64,000 nucleotides of DNA from NCBI RefSeq assembly GCF_036321535.1, contig NC_087437.1, forward strand, positions 71,736,001 through 71,800,000, read 5' to 3'. The first letter of the stretch is position 1. The number at the start of each line of letters is the position of its first letter. Source of the stretch: Camelus dromedarius. Its lineage: Eukaryota. The translations under genes and the position numbers were made by a program. The notes beneath the pieces were generated by a model, which saw nothing but the letters and a program-made list of their open reading frames with translations, was not told the origin of the DNA and ran no database searches. Of this stretch, positions 1 through 12,006 are shown in pieces.

Positions 1-369
1 GGACAGAAGAAAACCAGCCTAAGTAAAGACAAGTGGGCTGAGGCTTAATACATAAAACAAGTAGAATAGATAAGAATAGGTAGCCAGAAGAAGTAGAAAA
101 GACTGAATGAGGTCATAAGTTACTCTAGGTGAGAGGGAAATGGGGCTGCAGAGCAGGGAGGCAAGAACTCAGAGTTCCCCAAAGGGCATTTCATGGAACA
201 TTCTTCTCTGAATGTTCTTCTCTGAAGATAAGACTTTCCTGGTCAAATTCCTGTGTATCTAGAAATTTCTCTTGGTGATTCCCAGTGGACACTTCTGTAT
301 TAAAGCTTCCAAGGGTTCCTAGAGAAAAGAAACTTGTTTGACTTTTCTTTCCCTAGCATGTCTTCTGAG

Positions 370-720
370 GCAGTGTTAGTTGGAATGGGAGTTTTTGAGC
401 CATAGTGCCTGGCTTAGAACCCTGACACTTCTGGGTAGTTTTGGGCAAGATACTTAACTGTTCTGTGCTTTAGTTTTTTTTTTTTTTTTTTGTAAAATGG
501 GGATAAAAAGTCAGGACTTCCATTGGCCCATATGGTTCCTTTGTGTTAATGAGTAAAACTGTTTGTTATGCAAAAATCAAGGGCCCAACCTGAACAACTG
601 CACGTGGTATCCTTGATAAATGCACCTAGTTCATATAGTTTTCAAGATTAAATAATTTATTGTATATAAAGTGCTCAAGCAGTGCTTGGTATGGAGTCAG
701 TACTCAATCAGTAATATGTA
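370..720 (+). mobile_element. MIR SINE, interrupted at 508-614
   Basis: MIR core tgggcaagatacttaac...tgtaaaatggggata and 3' part aaagtgctcaagcagtgcttggta; boundaries approximate. Confidence 0.65.
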
Positions 721-1577
721 TTATGTAATATGAGTTAAACATCTTAAGAACTGGGGGTTGGTGGTATGTACTTTTGGGAAGTGCTGGATTGAATGGATTA
801 GTACGAGGTGGTTCAAGATGGTTATCCTTGTTTAAAACTGGGTACCATTATGCTATAATTTTTGAGTTCAATAATGGCCTCACAATTTATCAAACATAAC
901 ATTTGATGTTATCACTCTTAAAAAGGAGAATCTCATCTATCAAGAATTTTAAACATGTCGCTAAGTTTTGACCCAGTAATTCTGCTCCTGGTCATATCCT
1001 TAAGAGATATGAAGAAATCTATTGTAGGTATATTTGAAAAATTAACCAGCAACATACAGCCTAATCACGATGATGTAAAACTACGCAGAACATTAGGAGC
1101 GACTACATCAAAATGTGATAAAGTGGTTGTTTCTGGGGGGGAGTGAATTTTCATTGCTGTGTTTTCTTATTTTTCTATATTTAAGATTTTTTACTCTCAT
1201 AATCAAGAAAAATAATCTTTTTTGTTGTAAAAATTTATTTTTTATATCATTCATGCATCTGCCTTTCATTCATGGTGTTTCTGACATAGAGAACATTTTA
1301 TTCTTTATGTACTAAATCTTTCCATCTTAAATTTCATGGTTTCTGCCTATGGTGGCATACTTAGATTTTCATACCTCCAGAGGATATATTGCTGTATAGT
1401 CTCCTATATTTACTTCAGTTCTTCTATATTTATTTACTTATTCTCTATCCTATTTACTTCAGTTTTTTTTTTTAAGAAAAATAATGTTTAAAAACAATTC
1501 TCACCTGCTCTTTGAGGCATACATGCACACATTTGTCTGTCTTAATGCACTTTCCCTCCTTTCCGCACACCTGCCAG

Positions 1578-1742
1578 GTGCTCTCAGGGTCGGAATGGGG
1601 CAACATGCTGCTTTGGGAAGGCGGCCACATCAAAATCGAGCTGTGTCGAGCTGCAGGCAAGCCTTGTCACCAGGGTCCCATTAACCAGATAATGCTGGAC
1701 GAGGGTGAAGTCATCACCATTGGGTCAGATGGATGTGTTAGG
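1578..1742 (+). CDS. CFAP44: exon 1 (VLSGSEWGN...DGCVR), 165 nt, phase 0/0
   Basis: ccag|GTG ... AGG|gtaagt; WD40 peptide. Confidence 0.93.
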
Positions 1743-2175
1743 GTAAGTTTTCTTTACACTTGGACAGTAGCACCTACATCAAAGCCTGGCAGATCACCTT
1801 GTGGGTTTTAGCAGATTTTTATTTCTCTCAAAGTTCACGCGATGAAAGAGATCAGTGGTCATTTACTCCCAGGGCCAGGGCCAACTCACTTTAAATAATG
1901 CTTCTCTTGTAGTAAATATTTAAATTTTAGTCAAAATTCACTTACAGCATCTTAGCACTGAAATTTTCTAATGGGACCTTTTAGCTTTCATTCTGTTTTT
2001 GAAATAGTAGCTTCAGAAAATGAATACCCACTTTAGCATGATATTAATGGTGGACACAGATGTCTTTCCAAAATGCATGGTATGAATGGGTCATTTTCTA
2101 GGGACAATTACGCCAAACGTCTGTTTTTGTTTGTTTGTTTTAACTGAGTTTGCCAATTAGAAATAGAAAGGTGAG

Positions 2176-2269
2176 GAGGAGGGTACAGCTCAGTGGTAGG
2201 GTGCATGCTTAACATGCATGAGGTTATGGGCTCAATTCCCAGTACCTCTGTTTAAAAAACAAAAAAAAA
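2176..2269 (+). mobile_element. tRNA-derived vic-1-like SINE (short form)
   Basis: A-box-like agctcagtgg, B-box-like ggctcaattccc, A tail; TSD agaaat(ag/gc)aaaggtgag at 2159-2175 and 2270-2286. Confidence 0.85.
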
Positions 2270-3706
2270 AGAAATGCAAAGGTGAGCTGATGGGGTTTGC
2301 CTATGGGTGTTCCCCTCCCATTGCTCCATAAGCTAGTGAACTCCCTTGTCCTCGCCTGTGGACACTGTCCTGCCCATAGTGTGGGCAATGCAGCGACATT
2401 GCTCCAGTCCCTCTGGCTGTTGTCACACCTCTTCCCCCACCCACCCACCCGTATGTACGTACCCTGCTATTGCTGGCAAATCTGGGGTCTTCTGAATTGC
2501 CTGGTGGTCCCCTCAGTACATATTTCTACTGGGGCCTTTCATAAGGCTGTATTCTCTGGACATTCTTTAGGAAGTAGTATTATCAGAAGTAAGACCATAT
2601 TTAAAAAAAAATTTTTTTTTCTTTTAACATTCTGGTTACACTGACTCCTATGGAGCTTACTTATGGTGTAAATAATACATTAGAAACACATCTCTTACCA
2701 TCAGCTTTTTGAACCATGTTAAGTTTTTATTATATTTTACTAATTGTTCTGAGAATCTTTTATATCCTTTATTATGTCATACAGTATATTCACTATCCTT
2801 CCAAGACATAACATATCAAAATACCAAGTGTAAGAAAACCTCAACAGACAAGAAGGTATTGCCTCACAGAGGATGCCTTCATGGACACCACTGCTTTCTA
2901 AGTTTGCTCCCCTTTTTACAGTCTGCCTTCATCTCTTCAATTCTTTACATTGTAAATCTCTACCTCTCACCCTTTAGGAAAAACCTGCTCAAACTCCCAG
3001 GAGTTAGTGTGAGCCTAGGATCTGGGACCTTCCCCACAAGGCTCCTCTGTGGGGCAACACCAACCCTCCCAAAGTCCGAGCTGTTGAGTGTAGGATAATA
3101 TGGCACCGTGGTCTGCAGAACCATCCAGGCTGGGCTTCGTCACTTCGCAGAGGAGGCCCCTCTGAGTGTGTCACCACATGAAGTGAGACTGGCCTCGCTC
3201 ATCCCTCCCTTGCACGCTCCTGGAGTCCTGTGCCAAGAACAGCAATCCTTATCCCAATAGTACTGTCTAAACACGTGAGGAAGAGAGACGTTTTCTCAAG
3301 AAGACAAAATCTACATCCGTTTTCACTGCTTATAACAAAGATAGTACTTGAATCACTATGCAAGAAGGTCTGTGTCCCCTTTCCAGGGGCCCACAGGCCT
3401 ATACAAAATAAGGCTCGTTATGCCTCAGTGAGTGACTGAACTATTCATGCCTTAGGCCACTTTATATGCAGAAAGACCTGAGGGAAACCTTGGAATAAAG
3501 TTTGCTTTATTCAGGGCTGTATTTTCTTACTAATTTCCATAAATACAAAGGAAATTATAAGTTATTCTCATTTCAGAGCAAAATCCCAAGGGTCAGGTTT
3601 TGTCTGCTGTTTCAATTACACCTGCTCATTATTAATTTTCACAAAACAAGAAGAAATGACTTATGAAAAAAAAATGGGAGTTTTTTTGGCTTAGACAATA
3701 TCTATT

Positions 3707-3813
3707 CAAGATATTGAACATAGTTCCCTGTGCTATAGAAAAGGAACTTTGTAAAAACCTATTTTTATGTATAGTGGGACACATTGTAATTGACTGTACT
3801 TCAATTTAAAAAA
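3707..3813. mobile_element. tiny inverted/deleted L1 3' end
   Basis: 3707-3777 matches the L1 3'UTR at 31208-31597 in the same orientation; 3778-3813 matches its terminus in the opposite orientation, plus an A tail. Confidence 0.75.
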
Positions 3814-3866
3814 GTGTATTCAGAAACTTCTGACTGATTAAAGTATTTTCTTATTAATTTTATAAG

Positions 3867-4022
3867 ATATGGGATTTGGAGACAATAGACACTGCTGATA
3901 CCACAGATGAGACTGGATTGTTAGAGATTGAGCCCATTAATGAACTTCAAGTAGACAAGAGTGTCAGACTCTTCTCTATGATAAAAATGAATGAAACTGG
4001 AAATAACTTTTGGTTGGCTCAG
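3867..4022 (+). CDS. CFAP44: exon 2 (IWDLETID...FWLAQ), 156 nt
   Basis: taag|ATA ... CAG|gtaaga; completes the VR-IWD WD motif. Confidence 0.93.
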
Positions 4023-4437
4023 GTAAGATGCACTTCTCTGTCTTGGCTCTTTAAAGTTATCTGGATGTAAAATTAAAATAGTAGCATAATTTATTGTCCC
4101 TGTAAGTCCACTGTACTATTAGGACTACTGTTTATACTTCAGTGAAGAATTCCTGAATTTTGATATTTAATTGACTGATGCTTTATACACAGAAAACCGA
4201 TTCGCATTTTTGTTATGTTAAACGGATGATAAGTTTTATGTAATCCCTTCATTTATTGTGTGGTTGTGTTCTAAGATATATGCACGTGGCTACTGTTAAA
4301 TTTCAACCACACTTTAAAATATATGTAAACTTCTGGTAGTGTTGTTTGTCCTTTAACTAAATGATAAAAAGAAAATTCCTTTAATTTGATAAAAGTTCAA
4401 AATGATAAAACAGACTATTAGGAATTTAATTTTTCAG

Positions 4438-4485
4438 GATACCAATGGAGGCATATGGAAGCTTGACCTCAGTTTTTCAAATATT
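4438..4485 (+). CDS. CFAP44: exon 3 (DTNGGIWKLDLSFSNI), 48 nt
   Basis: tttcag|GAT ... ATT|gtaagt; phase 0/0. Confidence 0.9.
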
Positions 4486-4709
4486 GTAAGTTGCCTATTT
4501 TTCTTATTTCTAATTTTCATAATAAAAATCTTTATCCTTCTCTAAAAGATACTTTATCTTTCTCCATATTTGATTTTTGTTCCCTTCAAAAACTCGTTCA
4601 ACATATCCTAATGAGTTCATATTGTCTCTGTTTCTCTAGTTTATAATTTTACATAAAAAGGCTCTATCTCATAACAAAACTTACAAGAAAAGTGGCAATG
4701 ACAACGCCT

Positions 4710-4930
4710 AACATTATACAGCTTTACCATTTTCATAAACATATGGGGTTTTAATTTATATTATCTCACGTAATACTCACAACTACTCCGTTTTGTAGGC
4801 AGGCAGTTGCCATCATCTCATTTTATTGATGGAGAAATGGAAACTGGCATTTGAAGTGACCACAGCCATCGAGTGCAAAGCCAGTACTCTGTTTCTCCTA
4901 ATTCCAAACTTCAGCCCTCTGTCTTAATAT
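4710..4930 (-). mobile_element. MIR
   Basis: catctcattttattgatggagaaatggaaac MIR core, antisense; approximate. Confidence 0.55.
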
Positions 4931-5046
4931 GTTTTCTTATTTCTACTCAGATAAAGTCACACATGTTACAGGGTTCTATTTGCATTTCTTTAAACTTGAC
5001 CTTAACTCTATCTTAGAGATCTAATTGGATCTCTTTTTATTATCAG

Positions 5047-5146
5047 ACCCAAGATCCAGAATGCCTCTTCTCTTTCCATTCTGGAGCCATTGAAGCCTTG
5101 GCCGTCTCCCCTCTCACTTACCTCATGGCCACTACTGGCTTAGACT
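5047..5146 (+). CDS. CFAP44: exon 4 ([13 protein letters not shown]...TTGLD), 100 nt
   Basis: atcag|ACC ... GACT|gtaagt; phase 0/1. Confidence 0.92.
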
Positions 5147-5216
5147 GTAAGTAGACATGCATCTGTGGCCTTTTTGGTTTTCAATACATTTTTTTCTGTG
5201 TTTGCTTAAAGCATTT

Positions 5217-5350
5217 TTAAAATTTTTTTAGGCGGTTTTGGGGGAGGTAGTTAGATTTACTTATTTTTTTAATGGAGGCATTGGGGATTGAAGCCAAGAT
5301 CTCATGCATGCTAGGCATGCATTCTACCACTGAGTTATACGCTTCTCTCC
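5217..5350 (-). mobile_element. vic-1-like SINE
   Basis: TSD tgcttaaagcattt at 5203-5216 and 5351-5364. Confidence 0.85.
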
Positions 5351-5623
5351 TGCTTAAAGCATTTGAGAATTTTTCCAAACAGAAGCCTCTTGATGCAAGT
5401 GAGGTGAGTTTTTGCAGAGAGGGGAGTGCTCCAATTACAGCAGTCCTGGTTATTGTGAGAGATTAAAATAAAGACACATCAGTAAGTTACTCACAAAAGT
5501 ACCATTCGTTTTACTATTATCCACGTTTCTTTCCATCTCCTTTCTTCCTTCTTGACGTAGCGAATCTATGTGGACTGTGCAAGGTGAAATTGATCCACTA
5601 GTTAATCAGCTATTGTTTTTTAA

Positions 5624-5705
5624 CCCTTGGGGGATTGGTTCCAGGACTCCCTCTGATACTAAAATCCCCAATGCTTAAGTCCCTTATATAAATGGCATGG
5701 TATAT
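5624..5705 (+). mobile_element. MER2/Tigger DNA transposon fragment
   Basis: gggggattggttccaggac...aagtcccttatataaatggc resembles the MER2 5' part. Confidence 0.65.
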
Positions 5706-5876
5706 ATTCATGTTTATAAAGTACCTGATTGAGGGTATACATGAATACTTGACTAAAGAAAGGCTATTAGATTATCAGTTGATTTAATTAAGTTTCTTGT
5801 TATGTAAAGTGAGTCAAGGTTATTAAGGATATTTTTATGTATATAACTTCTTTCTTTTAAAACTGTCTTACTGTAG

Positions 5877-5971
5877 GTTCTGTTAGACTCTATGATTTTT
5901 CTAGCAAAACTCCTTTGCTTCAGACGAAATTCAAACAAGGAGGTACTGCCCTTATTTGGGTACCACGACTG
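5877..5971 (+). CDS. CFAP44: exon 5 (CSVRLYDF...WVPRL), 95 nt
   Basis: gtag|GT ... CTG|gtaagc; phase 1/0. Confidence 0.92.
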
Positions 5972-6484
5972 GTAAGCTTGTTACTATTATGAACTTCTGC
6001 TAGAAGCCACTTGTAAATATGGTATATCAGTGCTGGCTCTTGGAAATAAAGATATTTTCTGACTCTGGATTTTAGAGAAGAACAAAAATTTTAACTTAGT
6101 TTGTTCACTCAGAATTTGATAGAAATCATATCCTGACTTTGCTATTGTGGTTCTGACTTGTTTTAATGAACCTTTATTGTTATGCCATCTATAGAGTAGA
6201 AATAGTTCCATGTTACCAAGTAATTACCCAACAGAACTTTGTGTATCTATCCTCTATCTGTCTGACTCTGATTTCATTCATTTTATGTATTTCCAGCATG
6301 TCTACAATGTGCTGGCCCTTTTTCTAGATTCTAGGAATATGGCAATGAACAAAAAGACAAAAATACTTACCCTCATGAACCTTAAACACTCCAGTGGGAG
6401 AGAGAGTGTAGAGACAGACAAGAAACAAAATAAGTATGTGACAGGTTAGATAATGATAAGAGCTATGGGAAAAGAATGAGAGAT

Positions 6485-6627
6485 GGGGGGATGATATAGT
6501 TCAAGTGATAGAGCACGTGCCTAACAGGCACAAGATCCTAGGTTCAATCCCTAGTACCTCCTCTAAAAATTAATAAATAAATGAACCTAATTACTACCCC
6601 CCCAATAAAAAATTAAAAATTAAAAAA
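6485..6627 (+). mobile_element. vic-1-like SINE
   Basis: TSD aaaagaatgagagat at 6470-6484 and 6628-6642; B-box ggttcaatccc. Confidence 0.85.
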
Positions 6628-6649
6628 AAAAGAATGAGAGATAGGGAGT

Positions 6650-7187
6650 TACTATAATTGTCTATTGCTGTGTAATAGACTACCCCAAATGTAGTGGCAC
6701 AAAACAGCTGTCATCTTATTTTTCTCACGTGCTCTGGTTTGGGAATGCATACACCTGACTGCAGGCATAGGTTATCTCTGCTTCATTGTATCTGGGGCCC
6801 CAGGTGGCGAATGGAGCAATCTAAGATCTTCTTTGTCTCACATCTGGCACCTCAGTTGAAGGCTGGGTTAAGCTAGGATGTCAACAGGAGTGCTTACCTG
6901 AAGCCCATGCCTCATGGAAAGCTCATTATCACAGCATGGTGGCCTCAGGGCAGTCACACACTTCTTGATGGCAGCTCAGGGCTCCAAGATCTAGTGTTCT
7001 AACAAATAAGGCAGAGCTGCTGTCTTTTTATGACCTAGCCTTGGAAGTCACATAATATGACTTGTACCATACTCAGTTGGGTGGGTGTAGCCGTCACAAG
7101 CTGCACCGAGATTCAAGGAGGGAGGGACTTCCACCCCATCTTTCCATGGGATGCATGTCAAAGAGTTTGCAGCCATGTGTTTAAAGG
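6650..7187. mobile_element. MLT1 (MaLR) solo LTR, older subfamily
   Basis: ctattgctgtgtaa...accccaaa and ttttatgacctagccttggaagtcaca motifs. Confidence 0.65.
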
Positions 7188-7579
7188 TCATGGGAATATT
7201 TGGGGAATATTTTATCCTTACTGTTTTAGGTTGAAATCAAAGAGAAAATATTCCAGGCCCAAAATAGATGTGGAGATGGTTTGACTGGCAGGAAATTTCA
7301 TGATGGGACCAAGATCAGAAGGAGAACTCAGGCCAGGGAATAGAAGCAGAACCGTGATGAGGCTTGATTGAGTGGAAACCTCAGAGTATTTAGATAACCA
7401 AACTCAATCACTCTTTATCCTCATATATTTACACTCTCACCGAGAGTCTTTAAAATACAGCCCTCACAATTGAACCATTTATTTAGATGCTTGTACAATG
7501 TCCAGAGAATGTTTTCTCTTTTAGCCTTATATTGAAGTAAGGGTCATACGGATATTATGCTAGGGTTGCCCCTTCTCCA

Positions 7580-9075
7580 TACACTCTTGCCTTTCTGGAA
7601 AACTGCACATAGTCTTTATAATTTATCTCAGGTCAAACATCATCTCCTCTGCATAGCCCTCCGGGACCCCACCTTCAAGTAGAGCTCGGTACTCCTTCCT
7701 CTGTGATTTTTGTTTAAGGACTGTGCATATACCTCTCCGAAAGCACTTACCACAGTGTACTGAGATGATTTGCTTTATTGACTGTCTTTCCCACCAGATT
7801 GTTCTTCGTGGCGACAACCATACCTTATTCTTCTTTGTACTTCCAGTGCCTCTTGAGTTACTTGTACATTGACATACTTAGTAAATGTTTAAATAAACAG
7901 CATTCAACTGGAATTGAATGAAACATAGTTTTCTTATTCCTAAGATTATGTAACTGCCTGGCCTCAGGGATGATCAGTCTGCTCTAAAGAATACCAGGGC
8001 TCTTGCCCCTCTCGTGAATACCTTCCAAGATGGCACACTTAATGTATTCAGACAAGGCCAGATTTATAGCTCCAGCCCAGACTTCTCCTCTAAGCCGCAG
8101 ATTGTATGTCATCTTCATCTGGGGATTTCCAGGAGACTTCACACTCATCATGTCCAAAACTAAATTCATGATCTGCTGGCCCCCAGCCACCCCTCCTATA
8201 AAAACAATAATAGCAGCAACAAACCACACACACACACACACCTGACTCCTCTCCAGTGTTTCCTGTCTTAGTAAATGTCTCAGTCATCCTTGACACCTCC
8301 CTCTGCCTCATTCCTCATATCCAGTCATCACCAAATAGGACCCATTATACCTACCTCTAAATTGTGTCCACACTTCTCATCTCCATTACACCACCTCAGA
8401 CCAGGTGACCACAGTCAGTCTCCAGGAGTACAGCAGCTGTCACTTAGTCTCCCTCCAGATTCCCATGCATCCTGTCTATGCCATCTCAGATCTGTTTCCT
8501 ACACTGCACCTAGGATGATTGTTCTGAAATAGCAGATCTGATCATGTCACCTCCCCACCCCAAACGCCCAACTAAAAACTGTTTGTCTCCCCACTGCTCT
8601 TAGGACGAAGACAATCCTTAATGTGACATGTAAGCTACTTTGTGACCTAGTGCCTGCTTGTGGAAACACTGCTCCCTCACTCAGTCTGCTCTGGTCAAAC
8701 TTTTTCCTGAGTTACATTATTTCCTGCCATATGACCTTTGCACAAGCCATATCCTCTCTCAGAAGTGTTCCTGTACTTTGTTAATTCCTGGGTGTCCCTC
8801 TGATCTCAGCTCCACCATCTCTTCCTCCCTCAGCCTAGGTCAGCTTTCTTTGCTATCTGCTCCCAGAGAATGTTTTTCTTTTAATGCTTATTTCAGTTCA
8901 TAATTCCACATTCATTTGTGTAGTTGATTAATGTTTGTGTGGCTGGTTAATGTCTGTCCTCCCACTTGACCGTGAATTCGTGAAAACAAGTTGAAAGTGT
9001 TTATGCTCACACTTGGTTGCTGGTGATGGGCGCCTGGCATGTGGTATATAGACACTCTACTCGTTGAGTGTTTGG
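7580..9075 (+). mobile_element. L2 LINE fragments
   Basis: ctcatcatgtccaaaactaaattcatgatc, atctgatcatgtcacctcc, cctggcatgtggta L2-like motifs; approximate. Confidence 0.6.
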
Positions 9076-9285
9076 ATTGCCATTGTTTACTTGTCTCATG
9101 GTCAGCAGTGATAAGGGACTGTCCTAGAATAGATGGAGGTTACCAGAAAGTGGTATGTGGAATTACCAATGAACAGTCAATTAGTTAAATTACTTAAGTC
9201 TAAATAAAATCCTGAAGTATCTGTTATGTAATACAACTTTCGTAATTAACTAATTTCAGATCCTTTGCATTTCTTTTTGTCTAAG

Positions 9286-9495
9286 GTAAGCTACACTGGA
9301 GGACAGATTATTGTAGGATTTGAAGATGGTGTTGTTCGAATTCTTGACCTTTATGATCCAAAAGGGCTCACAATTTTTGTGGGACGGAAGAGAATTTTGG
9401 ATGCAGATATTCGACTAAAAAAGGCTTTCAAACCCCACACTGCTCCTGTCACTGCTTTAGCTTATGACCGTGATGGAGAAATTCTAGCCACAGGG
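9286..9495 (+). CDS. CFAP44: exon 6 (VSYTGGQ...EILATG), 210 nt
   Basis: ctaag|GTA ... GGG|gtaagt; phase 0/0. Confidence 0.92.
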
Positions 9496-10103
9496 GTAAG
9501 TAGTAGATTTCCTTTTGTTTCCCACTGAATGTTTGTCGTTAACCTTGCCTTATTAGTCTGCTTACTTAATGATGCCTTATCTGCTGATATTCCTTCAAGA
9601 AGATACCCACATTTTGCTTTCTTTGTATTCGTATTCAGTATCATCTATGCATGACATTTAAAAATATTCTTACAAATTGAGTTGTAATGCTTATTTTTAA
9701 TGAATAGAAATTTTCAACTGGGAATCATGCAGCGTCTTTTATGTATAATCAGTATTTTATAACATAGCTGTGTTCTTATATAGAATTGTCGTAAATTAAG
9801 AGAATAACATGCATAAATAGGTGAGCATATGCGTTGTAGAATTTTTTTGTGAATTAATCTCATGTACAGGTATGGTGATCATTTTTTCAGACCCACATAC
9901 AAGAAAACATGGTTTGTCAAATATTCTCATTGGGAAAACGAAGCAAATATTTGAAATAAGCATGTTCCCAGAAAATCTGGGATATATGATCATTGTAGGT
10001 ATAAGTATATAGTGGATGTAATATAGTTACTAAATGTTTCTTTGTACTTTATGGAATAGATTTCATAATAATATATATTTGACAGTATTTCTATTTTTCT
10101 TAG

Positions 10104-10214
10104 AGTAAAGATAAAACTGTCTTCTTCTTCGAAGTGGAAAAGGATTATAAACCAATCGGTTATATTACTACCCCTGGACCTGTTTGCCAGTTAATGGGGT
10201 CTGCAACTTCTCAT
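10104..10214 (+). CDS. CFAP44: exon 7 (SKDKTVFFF...SATSH), 111 nt
   Basis: cttag|AGT ... CAT|gtaagt; phase 0/0. Confidence 0.92.
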
Positions 10215-10685
10215 GTAAGTAGTTATTTGTCTTCATGCCTAATTCTCAGTTGCTACACAATGAAGTGATCTGGTAGATAGAGAATAGCAGGTGGAATTAT
10301 TAGCCCCACTCCTGGGTCCTGCAGTGAGGGGCCAGGGAAGCTGCTCAGCGTAACCAGTAGAGCATCACTCAGGAGCTCCATGCCCGTCCCACCACCTCTT
10401 TCTTCCATAACTAATTACTTGCTCACAATCCGCTCTCCAAACACTGGATTCTGTCAGACATTATTTCAACAATGGCGACTTTAGCCAGATACACATGTCA
10501 GATTGTGTTGAGTCTGCCAGTCCTTCTGATTAAGTTGTTCAGTTCTAAGGTCTGAATATACTTGTCCTCATCTTTATTGCTTTACTTCTCTTCTGCCCCC
10601 ATTTCCACTTCCATTTTCTCTTCTAATCTTCCATTGCCTCTTTCCTAACAACAATTGGCAATTCAGTATACATTACTAATCTTTT

Positions 10686-10830
10686 AAAAAATATTAAAAT
10701 GTTTTTCTTTACTTTGTTTTTTTTAGTGAGGGGAGGTAATTAAGTTATTTATTTAAATTTTTTAAACGGAGGTACTGGGGATTGAACCCAGGACTGCATG
10801 CGCTCTACCACTGAGCTATACCCTACCCCC
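10686..10830 (-). mobile_element. vic-1-like SINE with internal deletion
   Basis: ggaggtactggggattgaacccaggac...ctgagctatacc; partial TSD actaatctt at 10675-10683 and 10837-10845. Confidence 0.82.
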
Positions 10831-11512
10831 TTGATAACTAATCTTATTTAATGCCTCTAATTTCCCTAATTTTGAACGTAGGATAATTGATTCATCTAAA
10901 TATTGATTGAATGTCTAAACCAGGTGCTGTACTAGATTCCAGCATGATAATACTGATGAACTGCATAGCAGTACGGTCAAGGATTATTGGGGTAACATCT
11001 GTAATCTATTGAGCTCTTCTAAAGAAAACATAGTATCTCAAAGAATGTTTTAAAAATTAACAAATGCTCATTGTTTTCATCTTTGCTGGGCATTGGTGAT
11101 GGATTCAATAAGCAGTACAAAACGGTATCTTTTGAAGAAGAAAAAAGTACATATTTAGAAGTTAAATAATTCTATCACAGAACAATACAAGGTTTTACAA
11201 GGGAATAGGTGATTAAAATATCAGTGATACCAGTGGTATAGACGGCATGTGCCGTGAATACAGAACAGGAATATCAAGAAGGGGAGAAGTCGACGTGTTA
11301 TTATTTTATATAACTGTACCTGAATCTTGAGGAATTGGCAGTATGTGAGTCGGTAGAGAGAAGGTGGGTGCAAGGGGTGTAGGTGAAGGGAACGAGAGCT
11401 GCAAAGGATGCTCTGTGTTAAAACATGAACGATTGTATCACCACATATATTATTAATGTGGATCCTTCAATCATTTCCCTAGATAGGAAGTTAAAAAAGA
11501 AACCAACATTTT

Positions 11513-11817
11513 TCAGTGGTTAGGGATGATGGGTGGGATGGGGGTGGGTGTGACTATAAAGCGGCAACTTGAGGGAGATCTTGGTGGTGATGGGGTAGTT
11601 TGCATTTTGATTGCTGTGGATGGTTACACAAATCTACACATGTGATAAGATGACATAGAACTATACACAATTCTATATTAATGTTGGTTTCCTGGTTTTG
11701 ATATTGTTACAGAAGAGGTAACCAGTGGGAGAAACTGGGCAAAGGGGACGCGTTACCTCTTTGTACTATCTTTGCAACTTCTTACGAATTATTTCAAAAT
11801 AAGTTTAAAAAAAAAAG
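11513..11817 (+). mobile_element. old L1 (L1MC/MD-like) 3' end
   Basis: ggttacacaaatctacacatgtgataa...tgtactatctttgcaactt followed by an A tail. Confidence 0.65.
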
Positions 11818-11910
11818 GAGGAAAAACCCAAATCCCTCAAGCAGGCAGTGGTGCCAATTAGCACTTGTATTCCTAATGTTATTTGGGAATGTAATGTAAA
11901 AGTAAATTAC

Positions 11911-12006
11911 TCTCATTTCACAATATATACATGTATCAAATCATCACATTGTACACCTTAAACTTACGTAATGTTACGTCAATTATATTACAGTGAAGCT
12001 GGGGAA
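11911..12006 (+). mobile_element. short L1 3' end
   Basis: atcaaatcatcacattgtacacctta...; TSD aaaagtaaattac at 11898-11910 and 12007-12019. Confidence 0.75.

Noticed and set aside
1400..1465. Repeated tatttacttcagtt units (array-like)
   Set aside because: Two to three degenerate slippage copies with no spacer structure; eukaryotic intron, not CRISPR.
2176..2250. tRNA-like A/B boxes as a tRNA gene
   Set aside because: Degenerate, A-tailed, TSD-flanked and repeated eight times: SINE, not tRNA.
2371..2387. Hairpin tgccca-tagtg-tgggca resembling an IRE
   Set aside because: The loop is not CAGUGN, there is no correctly placed C bulge, and it is intronic.
2297..3098. 115- and 129-aa ORFs in intron 1
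   Set aside because: TTG starts, no recognised homology, and exons 1-2 already join in frame.
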